Part shown: piece by piece, positions 13,215-25,533 of the stretch
How positions within the stretch are numbered: the stretch's first letter is position 1
How the letters are laid out: the number at the start of each line of letters is the position of its first letter
The notes under the pieces: generated by a model
Database searches by the model: none
Seen by the model: the letters and a program-made list of their open reading frames with translations, nothing else
What the model was told of the DNA's origin: nothing
DNA from: Octopus sinensis
Lineage: Eukaryota
Reading direction: 5' to 3'
Length of the DNA stretch: 64,000 nt
Assembly (NCBI RefSeq): GCF_006345805.1
Contig: NC_043001.1
Coordinates: 96,844,001-96,908,000 of the forward strand
Position numbers and translations under genes: made by a program

Positions 13215-13405
13215 TTCAAATTTTGGTACAAGGCCGGCAAGTAGATTAGATAGACCCCAGTGTTTAAATGGCACCTATTTTATCGACACAGAAAGATTCG
13301 AATGAAAAGTCGACTTCCGTGGAATTTGAACTCACAACGCAAAAATTCAGACGAAATGCCGCTAAGCATTTTGGCCAGTGTGCTAACGATTCTGCTAGGT
13401 CATCA
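13215..13405 (-). mobile_element. SINE family B
   Basis: aaagtcgacttccgtggaatttgaactc...gctaagcatttt...gtgctaacgattctgctag. Confidence 0.8.
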
Positions 13406-13875
13406 CTTTAATCCCGAGTAAACTTACCAATATTTTACCACATCTAGCAAATTAATTCCAAGTAGCGTCACGTAGCTTTATACTGTACTCTACAAAATTA
13501 TTACCGTAACTATATATATGGTATTAGCTAAATTAATGTTAGTATTAGTAAATGTATTAATATTTAACGGGTTGTTATTATGTGAAGAGATAATTTGTAA
13601 GAGATTTTTTTGTGCTGGAAAAACCAATCCTAACCGCATGTGAATTGATGATAGAGTAATAACTAAAATTCTGCGAATTCCCCTCTTTACTATGGAATAC
13701 AAAATAAGAACTGCAAACCTTACCACCGTTGCTGCTGCTGCTGCGGCTGTTGATACCACTTCCACAACCATCACCACCAACACCATCAACACTACTACTA
13801 CTACTACAACCACTGCTGCTGCTGCTGATACTCCTTCTACCATCACCGACACGAACACCACCATCACGAACGCCC

Positions 13876-13909
<34 letters not shown>

Positions 13910-14544
13910 ACATGATTTACTATCTTGGGGAAACTGTACAACCAATCATGCAGTTAAATAAAGGCATTCTATATTTATTGAAAGTTTTCACCTTCTATAT
14001 CTCGATATTATACAGTGCTCCTCTTGCCTTGACTTGGGTTATCCATTTTATGAAGGGGTCGCAAGAGTGCCAACATAGCAGGCAGCATGTCTTCGCCAAT
14101 TTCAAGCTTGGTGGAGTCCATACTTTTCAGACCTGATTACAGCCATTTTCTTTTTTTAGGAGCAAAACAGGTAGAGCAAAAGAGGAGAATCCACGCAAGT
14201 ACATGTTCGATTCTCTATTAATCACTTGCGAAGGGATGTAAGCTAAATTCGTTTTCGATCGGATCTGAATTGAGAAAGCAGAAAGCGGGGAGATTGCCAC
14301 AAAGAACTCTATACGACACCTTAAGGGCTGTGGTAATTAGCAGTCTAAATATTATGTATAGAGATGTATATTTGAATGAGAACAGGTAAAGACACTCCGA
14401 TAGTAAAGAAAATGATAAAACTGAAAGGAAAATGTTGTGACATGGCAAGATTAGATGAACTAAGACTCGGTTAAGGATAGAAGACAAGAGAAAGCCATAG
14501 GAAAATAGATATATTGATAGAAAGAAAGTGCGACATAGTGCGAA

Positions 14545-14601
<57 letters not shown>

Positions 14602-14754
14602 GGAGACATGGGTATAGATAATGTAATGTGATCGTGTGACCGGAATAATGAGAACTTGTGAGAGACGATAAGACACTAACTATGAGAAAACGAATGGAAG
14701 AAGACCAAGGTTGAATGTATATATATGCCTGAAATATTTAGATAAATACATACG

Positions 14755-14791
<37 letters not shown>

Positions 14792-15245
14792 GGAGAGAAA
14801 GAGTGAGAGAGAAAGGGGAGAGGTAGATAGATAGATAGATAGATGGATAAATAGATAGACAGAAATTTATAGTTGTTTCAATATGCATAGAATGAGAGCA
14901 ACAGAGGCAAAACCAAACATGACTTCCTCATAAAAGTGAAGGATTTGGAGTCTGTGTTAATGTTGATTAACTTACCGTATAAATCCTTGCAGTAAATTTG
15001 AAAAATGTGTTTCCAAAGCTATATTTTCCATTAATTCTCACAGAAACGACTTTAACATGAATTCTAAGAATGAGATCTCTATAAAACTTTAGTGAGTAAT
15101 CAAGAGGAAAAGAAATTAAAGATAATTAGCTCGAACATGAAGAAGGAGGTAATAATGACGTTGATGAAGAAAATGTTGGTGTTGATGATGATGATGATGA
15201 TGATGAGGAGGAGGAGGATGACGGCGTCGATGACGACGCTCATGC

Positions 15246-15311
<66 letters not shown>

Positions 15312-15534
15312 TAATAATAATAATAATAACAATCTGCTCATGCATTTTAATTTAACTTTAAAAAAAAAGAAAAAAAAAATGAACGAACTACTGAGTTTGG
15401 TTTAATGGCCTACCAATATACACTATGAGTTTCTTTGCCCTAGGAGTCGGGAAGACACTCGGCAAGAAATGGAAGAAAATTTGAAAGAAGAAAAAAAAAA
15501 GTAATAATGATAATAATTATAACAATAATGATGA

Positions 15535-16088
15535 ATGCCCTGATGCAGTACCAGGCAGTGGCTCTCATGGCTTCTGATCTTAACTGATTGGAAGTGTTAT
15601 CATGTACATTGTTTTGTCTTGGTATAAAAGATGGGCTTCAGTAAATATTCTGCTCAATACCACAGATTTGCTTGTCAGTTGTTTGACCTTAACCCGTTGA
15701 GCATGTCCCTTAGTGGCTGTCGATATGTGCATCTCTGATCACGAGCAGAAGTAGTGGGGAGCATCATAGCCATGTGTTGAGAGGGATTCTTTGGGGTTTG
15801 AATAATTCACCTCTGGAAACATGGGTGGTTCTTTCAACATCCTTAAACAACCCTTATTCAGGGACCTTTTGAGCGGGATGGGCTACTCAACCTGAAGAAA
15901 ATTCTAACTGGGTCCCACCTGCAAGGTCATGTGCTGTTTATCTTGATATGAGATCACCATGTCGCGCACATATGGTTGTGAAGCATGTGCCTGGTGTACC
16001 CTTATCAGACAGATAGTCATGATGGGTATATTGGGCTTCGTATATTTTACCCCAGTGTCACTTTGATGGCATGAACTGCTCTCTCACT
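15535..16088 (+). mobile_element. ~550-bp high-complexity element bounded by (AAT)n tracts (probable retroelement 3' region or non-autonomous element)
   Basis: GC-richer non-coding block that starts and ends in TAA-type repeats like the adjacent Dong-like element. Family not recognised. Confidence 0.35.
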
Positions 16089-16089
16089 C

Positions 16090-16150
<61 letters not shown>

Positions 16151-16152
<2 letters not shown>

Positions 16153-18542
16153 TTCTGGTTGAAATATCTACCAGAAATACACAAAAAGCTGGCTGGAAGC
16201 TTTAACAACATACTGGCAGAGCCAGAAACAATGCCTGAATGGCTCACGAAGGGGAAAACCATCTTAATTCCCAAATCCAATGCGACAGCAAAACCAGAAA
16301 ACTACAGACCAATAACCTGTCTCCCTACAATGTACAAGGCATTTACTGCATTGATATCGCAAAGGTTGAACAAGCACCTGGACGAAAACAACCTGTTTCC
16401 AGAAGTGCAGAAAGGATGCCACAAAGGCTCATACGGCTGTAAAGATCAACTAATGATCAATAAAGCCATAACTGAAGACAGCAACAGAAAGAAGAAAGGC
16501 TTCAGTATGGCATGGATCGACTACAGAAGGGGGTTTGATAGTATCCCCCACACATGGATCCTCGAAACACTAGCCATTAACAAAGTAGTACCAACAATTA
16601 TAAAATACATAGGACACTCAATGAATAAATGGCAAACAGTGCTACAGCTCCAAACAAAAGAGAGACTCGTGAAAACCAAAGCCATCCCCATTAGAAGAGG
16701 AAAATTCCGGGGAGACACGCTCTCTCCGCTCCTTTTCTGCTTGGCACTGTCACCTCTATCTGATATGCTAAATAGAACTGGATGCGAATATAAATGTTAC
16801 GGCAAAACGATCAGCCACCTTTTACATATGGATAACCTAAAACTATACGTTGCAAATGACAAACAGCTGGAAACTCTATTAAAGACAGTTCATGGATTTA
16901 CCAAAGAAATATATATGAAATTTGGATTAGAAAAATGCGCCAAAGTAACCTTGAAAAGAGGAAAACTAGTTAAGAGTAGCAACATCACACTAGATAAAAC
17001 CAATGAAATAAAAGAATTAGACCAAAGCCAAACTTACAAATACTTAGGAATCCATGAACTAGATAAAACACAACACACACAAATGAAAGAGAAAATAAAA
17101 AAAAAGAATATTATAGACGAGTTAGATCAATACTAAAAACAGAGCTCAATGCTAAAAACAAGATAATAGGTATTAACACTTTAGCCGTCCCAGTTATAAG
17201 TTACAGCTACAATATTCTTAACTGGACACTAAATGAACTGACCAAAATAGATAGGAAAACAAGAAAAATAATGACAGGATCTAGGATGCATCACCCAAAA
17301 TCTGACATAGAAAGACTATATATACAACGTATAGAAGGTGGTAGAGGCCTTATGCAGCTGGAAAACTACTATAAAATAACCACCATAGGACTGCAAAAAT
17401 ATCTACTTCAGAAGGAAGGAAAACTGATACAAACAGCGGCAAAACACGAGCAAAACAAAAAATTGTTCTCAGTATTTAAGGAAGCTGACAAATACAAACA
17501 AGAAATCATACCACCTAACAAATATGAAGAAGAAGAAGAAGAAGAAGAAGAAGAAGAAGAAGAAGAAGAAGAAGAAGAAGAAGAAGAAGAAGAGAAGAAG
17601 AAGAAGAAGAAACAACAAAAGATATAAAACAAATGAAATCCAAACTAAAACTAGAACAGCAAAGAACCATGATAAAACGATGGCAAGAAAAGACCCTGCA
17701 TGGTAAATACTGGACTAAACTAAATGCAAAAGAAATAGACGAAGAAAAATCCCAGCAATGGTTGAGAAGCTCAGGACTCAAAGCAGGGACAGAGGGATTT
17801 TTAATTGCAGCACAAGACCAAAGCCTCCCCATCAGAAATTACCAAATCATGTAATGAAAAGAAATATAACAAGTAACTGCAGAATATATGGAGATGGACA
17901 AGAAACAATAAATCATATTATCTCTGCTTGCCCAGTCCTGGCTAAGAAGGAATATATTCATAGACACGGCAGAGTTGGGACCTACATACACTGGAAGATA
18001 TGCCAACATTATGGAATAACAACAGAAAAAGAATGGTATAGGCACACACCAGAAAAGGTCACAGAAAACCAGAAAGCAATCATACTCTGGGATATGCCGA
18101 TACACACAGATAGAGAAATTAAGGCCAACAGACCAGATATAGTTGTCAGAGATCATGAAGAAAAAATGCTTTCTAATTGATGTATCAATACCAGCAGATG
18201 ACAACATGTCTCTAAAAGAAATGGAGAAACTTTCAAAATACAAAGACCTGGAAATAGAGGTAACCAGAATGTGGAATCTAAAAACAGAAACAATTCCTAT
18301 CATAGTAGGTGCATTAGGCATGATAAAAAAATATTCAGACAAATACATCACAAAAACACCAGGACTTACAAACACATATAACATACAGAAAATTGCACTA
18401 CTAGGCACTGCGCACATCCTACGCAGAACACTTTCCATACAATAACCATCAGAGCATCACAACAAATCACAGTACATATCAAAGGCACACAGAGCTGCGC
18501 TCGGCAGTGAAGTGAAAGCACGCTATAAAATAAAACTACTGA

Positions 18543-18543
<1 letters not shown>
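16151..18543 (+). mobile_element. 5'-truncated R4/Dong-like non-LTR retrotransposon (RT + zinc knuckle + REL endonuclease), frameshifted
   Basis: NYRPITCL, QKG, AWIDY..FDSIPH, RGKFRGDTLSPLLF, HLLHMDN (YMDD mutated), CRIY..QETINHIISAC, RPDIVVRD..IDVSIP..EK.SKYKDL. Flanked by (AAT)n at 16089-16150 and 18544-18606, the known Dong target type. Confidence 0.92.
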
Positions 18544-18600
<57 letters not shown>

Positions 18601-18606
18601 TAATAA

Positions 18607-19084
18607 TTGTCGAAGCCCTGGGAACAGTGAGCAAAAGTTTCGAGATGTACTTGAAGCAAATAAGGATGGAGCACTTGTAAGAGACAGCACGGCTTGGAAC
18701 CGCTCGGATACTCATGAAGGTGTTCGAAAAATAAGAGGTGTTACCTTAGTTCACTGGTAGTGAACAGCTGACACTGTAGTACATCTCCAGCGTTAGAAGG
18801 TGTGCAAAAGCAGTTATAAAAATGATGATGATGATTATGATGATGATGGTGATGATGAAAATAGTGCTCAAATTAGGGGTTATCGACAGCTTATGTATGA
18901 TCATTGGGGAGAAAAGGGATTGATTCAACTCATGGAAAAGAGTAATCAAGCTAGAGCAATAAGAAAGAATTGTTGGTTCACAGAAGTAGAGTTCGAAGCT
19001 ATCAGAAGACGGGTCACGGAAAATAGCAGCAGAGATAACAATGAAAATACAGCTCTTACTAATAATATTAATCTCATAGCACAA
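18607..19084 (+). mobile_element. N-terminal fragment of a second R4/Dong-like ORF
   Basis: RGYRQLMYDHWGEKGL...NQARAIRKNCWFTEVEFEAIRRRV resembles the N-terminal motif of these ORFs. Confidence 0.55.
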
Positions 19085-19200
<116 letters not shown>

Positions 19201-19239
19201 ATAATAATAATAATAATAATAATAACAATAATAATGATT

Positions 19240-20000
19240 GCATTTATTTCCAACAGAGGCGAAAGAGGAGGTGGACAATACAAAGACAGACATAAATTGT
19301 TAGGGTTTTACTTATAATGAAAAGATGAAAAGAAATAGAAAGTATAAACGATATACACTGAAAAAGAAGGGGGCATATACGTAAGATAAAAAAGTTTAAA
19401 AAGAAAAAGTGTGGGGGCGGAGGATAATAATATAGCTCTCCTGATACAGAAGGATCTATAGGGATAATCGAGGAACCTCACTGTCCGAGATTTCCCTAAA
19501 ACCCTAAGAGCAAATGCCCTTTCCAGTTCCTTCTCTCTGACTTACAGGTCAACACTGAGAGAGGTACCATCCACTCTTGCCATTTTCGCAGCTTTCACTC
19601 ATCTTTCAATAAACTTACTTGAGGATAGCACTTCCCTATCTACTCTTAATTTCCTTTTCAAGTGAAACTTGGAGAAGTCAACGAGAGCTCTACCAAAGAG
19701 AAGTGATTCTGTCCTCGTGAATTTCAGCCTTGTCACCAAACAACCTATTTCATCACAGCCGCCAGGAAAAGGGAAACTGTCTTGCCTGCTCGATTGTAGG
19801 AGAGCAGCGGAAGGATCCGTCCCACACGTGATAACGGCTGTTCGATATAATCCCACAAGTCAGCAGTACTTGGACAATGAACGAGTGCGTGCAGAAATGT
19901 TTCGTCACTCTGCGCGCACCTTGGAAAAGCCCGACTGAAAGCACATCCGTGCCTGTAGAGTTTACTTCGAACTGATAACGCTCCCCTCCGTAGCACTATC
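19240..20000 (-). mobile_element. L1/Tx1-type LINE 3' fragment (zf-RVT and 3' UTR)
   Basis: FPRCAQSDETFLHALVHCP...LWDYIEQ, then FSKFHLKRKLRV.REVLSSSKFIER. The minus strand has AATAAA at ~19243 followed by an (ATT)n-like tail. Confidence 0.75.
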
Positions 20001-20088
<88 letters not shown>

Positions 20089-20703
20089 TATTGCGGATGT
20101 TTTCTTTTATCCTGAGTTACATGAACTTGTCCCTGACTCATTTCCAGCATGCGAAAGAATCCCAAGTTTTATCTCATCTTAGAATGTTAAGTCATACTAC
20201 AAATTCTCATCTGCAAGCAATTTATCTCTGTTAAAAGCACGAGAACATCTTGCCCCTCCAATCCATTAAAATTGATGAGGGATACAAAAGAAATCAAAAC
20301 AAAGCCACGACAAAGAAACATCAAAGCAACATGCACATGCAATACTACAGGAATCCCTAAATTTTATTTTCATTTTGTATCACAAACCGGAGGATTTCGC
20401 GAATGTTAGAACTATAAAATGTATACTATCAATAATATTAATACGCCAATTTGTGTTTTTTTTTGTACCTGACGCGTGTGACACGCTTAAGAAAAAGAAA
20501 TTGTTAAAAGAAATTTTGTTACTTAAATAAAATTTTTAATTTGATCTCTTGTAATTTCCGGAGAAGATTTAAAATCGACATCTATGTGTTGTATTACTAC
20601 TTCTTGGCATCCATGCCTCCTGGGCCACCGAAAAAGCGAGGATCTTAATGACAAATTTACGATACTTAAATTTGACGCGTTTCGAGCAATGGAGAGAGAA
20701 AAT

Positions 20704-20757
<54 letters not shown>

Positions 20758-21007
20758 GAGGGAGTGGCTGATATTTGAATTCCTTTCTACGATTGAACTG
20801 AAATTGACCCCTGGCTATTAAAAGCACCCCCCCACACACACAAACACAGACATTTGTTTTAGATATTCTACCCATTTGAATTCGCTCATACACCAGATAA
20901 CGTGTTAAGTCTTATGTTCTGAAATTCAAATTTTGAATTTGTTTTAATTATAAAATTACACCTCGGTTATAAAATATCGTTTGACTTTCGAATACCCATT
21001 CTTTCTC

Positions 21008-21320
21008 ATCTATATTTTTTGTTCAGTCAAAATTTCTCTGCTTTTGTCAGAATTCTTTCAATTCTTTTTTCTTGTATCAAGCAATGGAAAAAAAAGCATT
21101 CAAGAAAACAAATTAAATTCATAGAGTTGAACAAAATCCAAAACATTAATTCTATTTTTCCCTTTCCTTAATATTAACAAGACCATAGTATGAGGGAGAT
21201 TTGGCTGTTATTTCTAGCAAATTGAACAACCACACAGAGTTGTTCAAGTGGCTCATTTTTTTTTATCTGTTCAAGTCAACAAAATCTAAGACACACACAC
21301 ACACAAACACACACACAAAT

Positions 21321-21356
<36 letters not shown>

Positions 21357-21592
21357 CATGAATGTATATATGTCTGTATGTGTGTGTGATAATAAGTGTC
21401 GTATAGTGGAAATAAATACAACTTTCTCTTTCTATACTTTTTTGTTGAGTTAGAATTTCTGTTTTTTGGTCAGGATTCTTCCAATTTCATTATACTTGTA
21501 GCAAGCAATTGACGAAAGCATTAAAAAAAAATCAAATTCATAGAGCAGAACAAAATCAAATATATTAATTTTAGTTTTTCCTTTTGCTTTTA
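21008..21592. repeat. Diverged ~165-bp direct repeat (21008-21172 / 21430-21592)
   Basis: Shared tctata.ttttt.gtt.agt.a.aatttct...aagcatt.aa...aaattcatagag..gaacaaaatc.aa.a.attaatt. Confidence 0.7.
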
Positions 21593-22159
21593 ACTTTCCT
21601 ACAATACAATTAATTATTGTGTCCTATATACTGTGCATATTAGATAATTATTTCAGAAATATATTCACCTTTTTAAACAAAAAACTGTCTAATATATTCG
21701 TACATGTTTTTCAATTGAAACACCCTGAATCATTTTGGAGATTTATCGTTTTAATAAGTTTTAAAATGTGGATAATCGCATGAGGGACGCAGCACGCGAG
21801 CGTCAGTGTAGAGAGAGTGAGAGATAGAACGGTTTCACGAGGGACAGCGGGTGGTAATAAGGAATCCAAATCGTGCGAGGGTGAAACAGAGAAGAAACGG
21901 AATAAACCAAGAGGAGAGGGAGGGTATCCTACGGCACAGGAGGGAAAGAAACCAGCAAAGGATGGAACAAGTGAGCCAGGACCAAAGAGAAGGTTATTTT
22001 CCAAATAAGAGAGATAGAGATCAACAGAATCGTGAACACATGAGCCAAGAGCAAAAGAAGCTGTACTTAAAATGTATGAGAAACAGAGCTGGATCTCTCT
22101 CGGCATACCAGTAAACCACAAAATAGCACCAGCCAGCATCACCACCATCTCCAAGCCCG

Positions 22160-22395
22160 TCATATACATATATATGCGTATGTGTTGTGTGTGTGTTTGT
22201 CCCACCATCAACATTGTTTGACAACCGATGTTGGTGTGTTTGTGTCCCTGTATGCTAGCTTTTCAGCAGAAGAGACAGCCAGAATAAGCACCAAGCTTAC
22301 AAGGAATAAGTCCAGGGGTCAATTTCTTCGACAAAAGGGGGATCCAGCATGACCACACTCAAGTGACTGAAACAAGTAAAAGAATAAAAGAATAC
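22160..22395 (+). mobile_element. SINE family A, 3' half
   Basis: tgacaaccgatgttggtgtgttt...gaataagtccaggggtc...cagcatgaccacac..tgactgaaacaagtaaaagaata. Confidence 0.75.
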
Positions 22396-22569
22396 GAGAA
22401 AAGCCTCCGTATCATTAAACCATGAGTGTTCTCTGAATATGTACGATGTATTTTAAGGCTAAATAATAACTCTGTTTACGCTTGCGTAACTGAGATATTT
22501 TGGTTGTATTATATAGTTATCGGTTTTTCCCTTCTTTCTGTATTCTGTAACTGTCGCAATATATTTTTC

Positions 22570-22832
22570 TCCTACAGGCACAAGTCCTAATTTTTTTTTG
22601 TTGGGGAGGAGGCCAGTCGATTAGATGAACCCCAGTACGCAACTGGTGCTTAATTTATCGACCTCGATATGATGAAAGGCAATCTTATTAAAACGATAAA
22701 CTTCAAAATCATTTAGAGTTTTTCAATTGAAAAGTCGACCTCGGCAGAATTTGAACTCTGAACGTAAAGTCTGACGAATTACCGCTGAGCACCTCGCTCG
22801 GCGTGCTAACGATTCTGCCAGCTCGCCGTCTT
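22570..22832 (-). mobile_element. SINE family B
   Basis: gccagtcgattagatgaaccccagtacgcaactgg...gtcgacctcggcagaatttgaactc...gctaacgattctgccagctcgccg. Confidence 0.85.
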
Positions 22833-23004
22833 TTACTGTCACAATATAGAAACATTTCTTATGGCATCAGCACACAATTTACAGATGCTTACTTTTTTTT
22901 GTGTTTTCCGTAAATTTTTCACGGGTCCAGCTAGTATAATATAATTATTACAAAATTAACGAGAATGTAATTATGACATGATATGCATTTTATTTCTACT
23001 ATTA

Positions 23005-23486
23005 TTACATTGTAATAAATTTATGGTGGCTGTCTGCTCCTATCAGAGCTTGATCTCTGAAGTTGTTTGAAGTGGTGATCAGGTATACTGCAGCAATGTC
23101 ACATTTCAACATTGGCACAAGTTTCTGCACCATTATATTGAATGTTTCTGTGACGCTTCGATCCTCCACATGACTTTCATATTTTTGAAGGTTGTTGCAT
23201 TGAAACTGGTCGTTCGAAATGAAATTCAAATCGTTCATGTATGCCTTACCCAGAACTGCACGCCGGTGCGACATGAAACTAGCGTGAGACGCATACATTT
23301 GTGAATGAAGAACATTTAAAGAAGGGAGATAATAATGCAATTCAAGATTTGAAAATGTATTTTTCCCCGCAGCTAAATAACCCGCAGCCTTGTACTGATC
23401 CGTGACCCGGTGATTGTTGACACATCCATTTCTGTATTCACTTTCGACAGTATATGCCCAATGATCAAAAGAATATAGCGGTGGTT
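23005..23486 (-). CDS. Large candidate exon (160 open codons stop-to-stop), unknown protein; C-terminal part weakly GAF-like
   Basis: The frame is open from 23487 to TAA 23007-23005 (PPLYSFDHWAYTVESEYRNG...HRRAVLGKAY...VQKLVPMLKCDIAAVYLI...), high complexity, no repeats. Acceptor catttaAG at 23488-23487; possible donor AT|GTAATA at 23008. Confidence 0.55.
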
Positions 23487-23516
23487 CTTAAATGAGGGTG
23501 ATTTAATTAAATACAG

Positions 23517-23766
23517 CATTATTTACATTATTTAAATTATTTACATTTGACGGATATTTGTCCTCATCTTGTTTGTTGTTAACACAAATTTCGGCTGATA
23601 TATCCTGCAGCATTCATCAGGTGTCTCGGGGAAATTTCGAACCTGGGTTCTCATTCCTGAGGTATTTTTCGATGTTGTTGTTGTTGTTCTAATTATTATT
23701 AATATTGTTCAGGAATCGAACTCGAAGTCTTGGCGCTCTTAACCACAACGCCATATGTCCGTGGGC
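23517..23766 (-). mobile_element. tRNA-headed SINE carrying a minimal Penelope-type hammerhead cassette
   Basis: The minus strand has A box TGGCGTTGTGG (23753-23743), B box GAGTTCGATTCC (23723-23712), a short AAT/AAC linker, then GACAC-CTGATGA-a-tGCTG-caggatatat-CAGCc-GAAA-ttt-GTGTT (23625-23581). Confidence 0.75.
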
Positions 23767-23823
23767 ATATACAACATCGAAAAATACCTTAGGAATGAAA
23801 CCCCAGGTTCTAAATTTTCCCGA

Positions 23824-23869
23824 GACACCTGATGAAATCTGGAGGGTATATCACCCGAAACGTTGTGTT
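23824..23869 (+). ncRNA. Minimal type I hammerhead motif (inverted copy)
   Basis: GACAC CTGATGA a atctg-gagggtatat-caccc GAAA C GTT GTGTT. Stem I (GACAC/GTGTT) and palindromic AACGTT stem III are intact; stem II is mutated. Confidence 0.6.
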
Positions 23870-24089
23870 AACAACAAACAAGATGAGGACAAATATCCGT
23901 CAAATGTAAATACTGTAAACAATGTACATAATTCCCCATCTCTTAAATATAGAACTGTTCCATAGTTAGAAACTAATATTCAAATTATGCTGAATGACTT
24001 TTACTTGTTCTGGATACACGACAAACTTTCTAATTGTAACCACGCAACTGAATGACTTATGAGAATCGCTGGGAATTTGTGCCAACGCA

Positions 24090-24620
24090 AACCTACAATC
24101 TCCTCTCTCACTCTCTGTCTCCCCCTTTCTCTGTCTCGCTTTCGCTGTTTGTCTCTGTCTGTCTGTCTCTCACTGTTTCTCTCTGTGTCATTTTCTGTCT
24201 CTTTCGTCCGTCTCTCTCTCTTTGACTGTCTCTGTCTGTCTCTCTTTGTCTTTGTCTTTCTCTCTCTCTGTCTCTCACTGTCTCTCTCTTTCTGTCTCTG
24301 TTTGTCTGTCTGTCTGTCTCTCTCTCTTTCTCTATCTGCCTCTGTCTCTTTCTCTCTCTTTCTCTCTCCTTCGCTTTCTTTCTCTCTTTCTCTCTCTGTC
24401 TCGCTCTCTCTCTCACTGGCTTACTCTCTCACTGGCTCTCTCTCTCACTGACTCTCTCTCTCACTGGCTTTCTCTCTCACTGGCTCTCTCTATTTCACTG
24501 GCTCTCTCTCTCTGTTTGTATCGCTGTCTGTTTGTCTGTTTTCCCTCTCGTCCTCTCTCTCGCCCTCTCCCTCTCTCCTCTATCTCCCTCCCTCTCTCCC
24601 CATCCTCTCTCCTCTCCCTC
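24090..24620. repeat. CT/CTGT-rich compound microsatellite with ctcactggct units
   Basis: Direct inspection. Confidence 0.9.
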
Positions 24621-24949
24621 GGTCTTGATATAATAATTTGAGGCTTGAAAGTCGTTGGTTTGTTGGATCACCACTTCAGGACTTTGTCGTAACGTGGAGT
24701 ATCAAAGTAAAGTCAATTTAGCGGAACACATTTTTCTGGAAGCAGCACTCGTTAAATAATTAGAAACGTCACTACCTTGTACGAAGAGAGAGAATATCTA
24801 TAAAATTGACCTTCTGCATAAGGAGGATAACATCAAGGATTTCTACAGACAAATGAAATGTGCAAATTTTAATTTGGCAAGAGAGTAATTAGTGCCAATC
24901 AACTTGACCATTACCACAGTCCTTCTCTATCTTCTTACCAACTCCATCA

Positions 24950-24951
24950 CT

Positions 24952-24983
<32 letters not shown>

Positions 24984-25488
24984 AATCTTCATTGCCATCA
25001 TCATCATCATCATCGTCGTCGTCGTCGCCGTCGTCGTCGCCGTCGTCGTCGCCGTCGTCGTCGCCGTCGTCGTCGCCGTCGTCGTCGCCGTCGTCGTCGC
25101 CGTCGTCGTCGCCGTCGTCGTCGCCGTCGTCGTCGCCGTCGTCGTCGCCGTCGTCGTCATCGTCGTGGTCGCCGGCGTCGTCATGGTCATCGCTGTTGTA
25201 GTGGTCATCGTCGTTGTAGTCGTCATCGCCATTGTCATCGTCATCATCGCTGCGGTCGTCATCGCCATCGTCGACTTCGGCGAGAAAACCAGTCAGATCA
25301 TCAGGATCGGCAAGAATAATCTGAAGATAAAAAAAATCCCACCGCCGCCACCACCACTACCACCACCACCACCACCACTACCATCACCAAAACCATCACC
25401 ATCACCACCACTACCACCATCCTCCTCCTTCTTCTCCTCCTCCTCCTCCTCCTCATCATCATCATCAACAACAAAAACAACAAAAACA

Positions 25489-25533
<45 letters not shown>

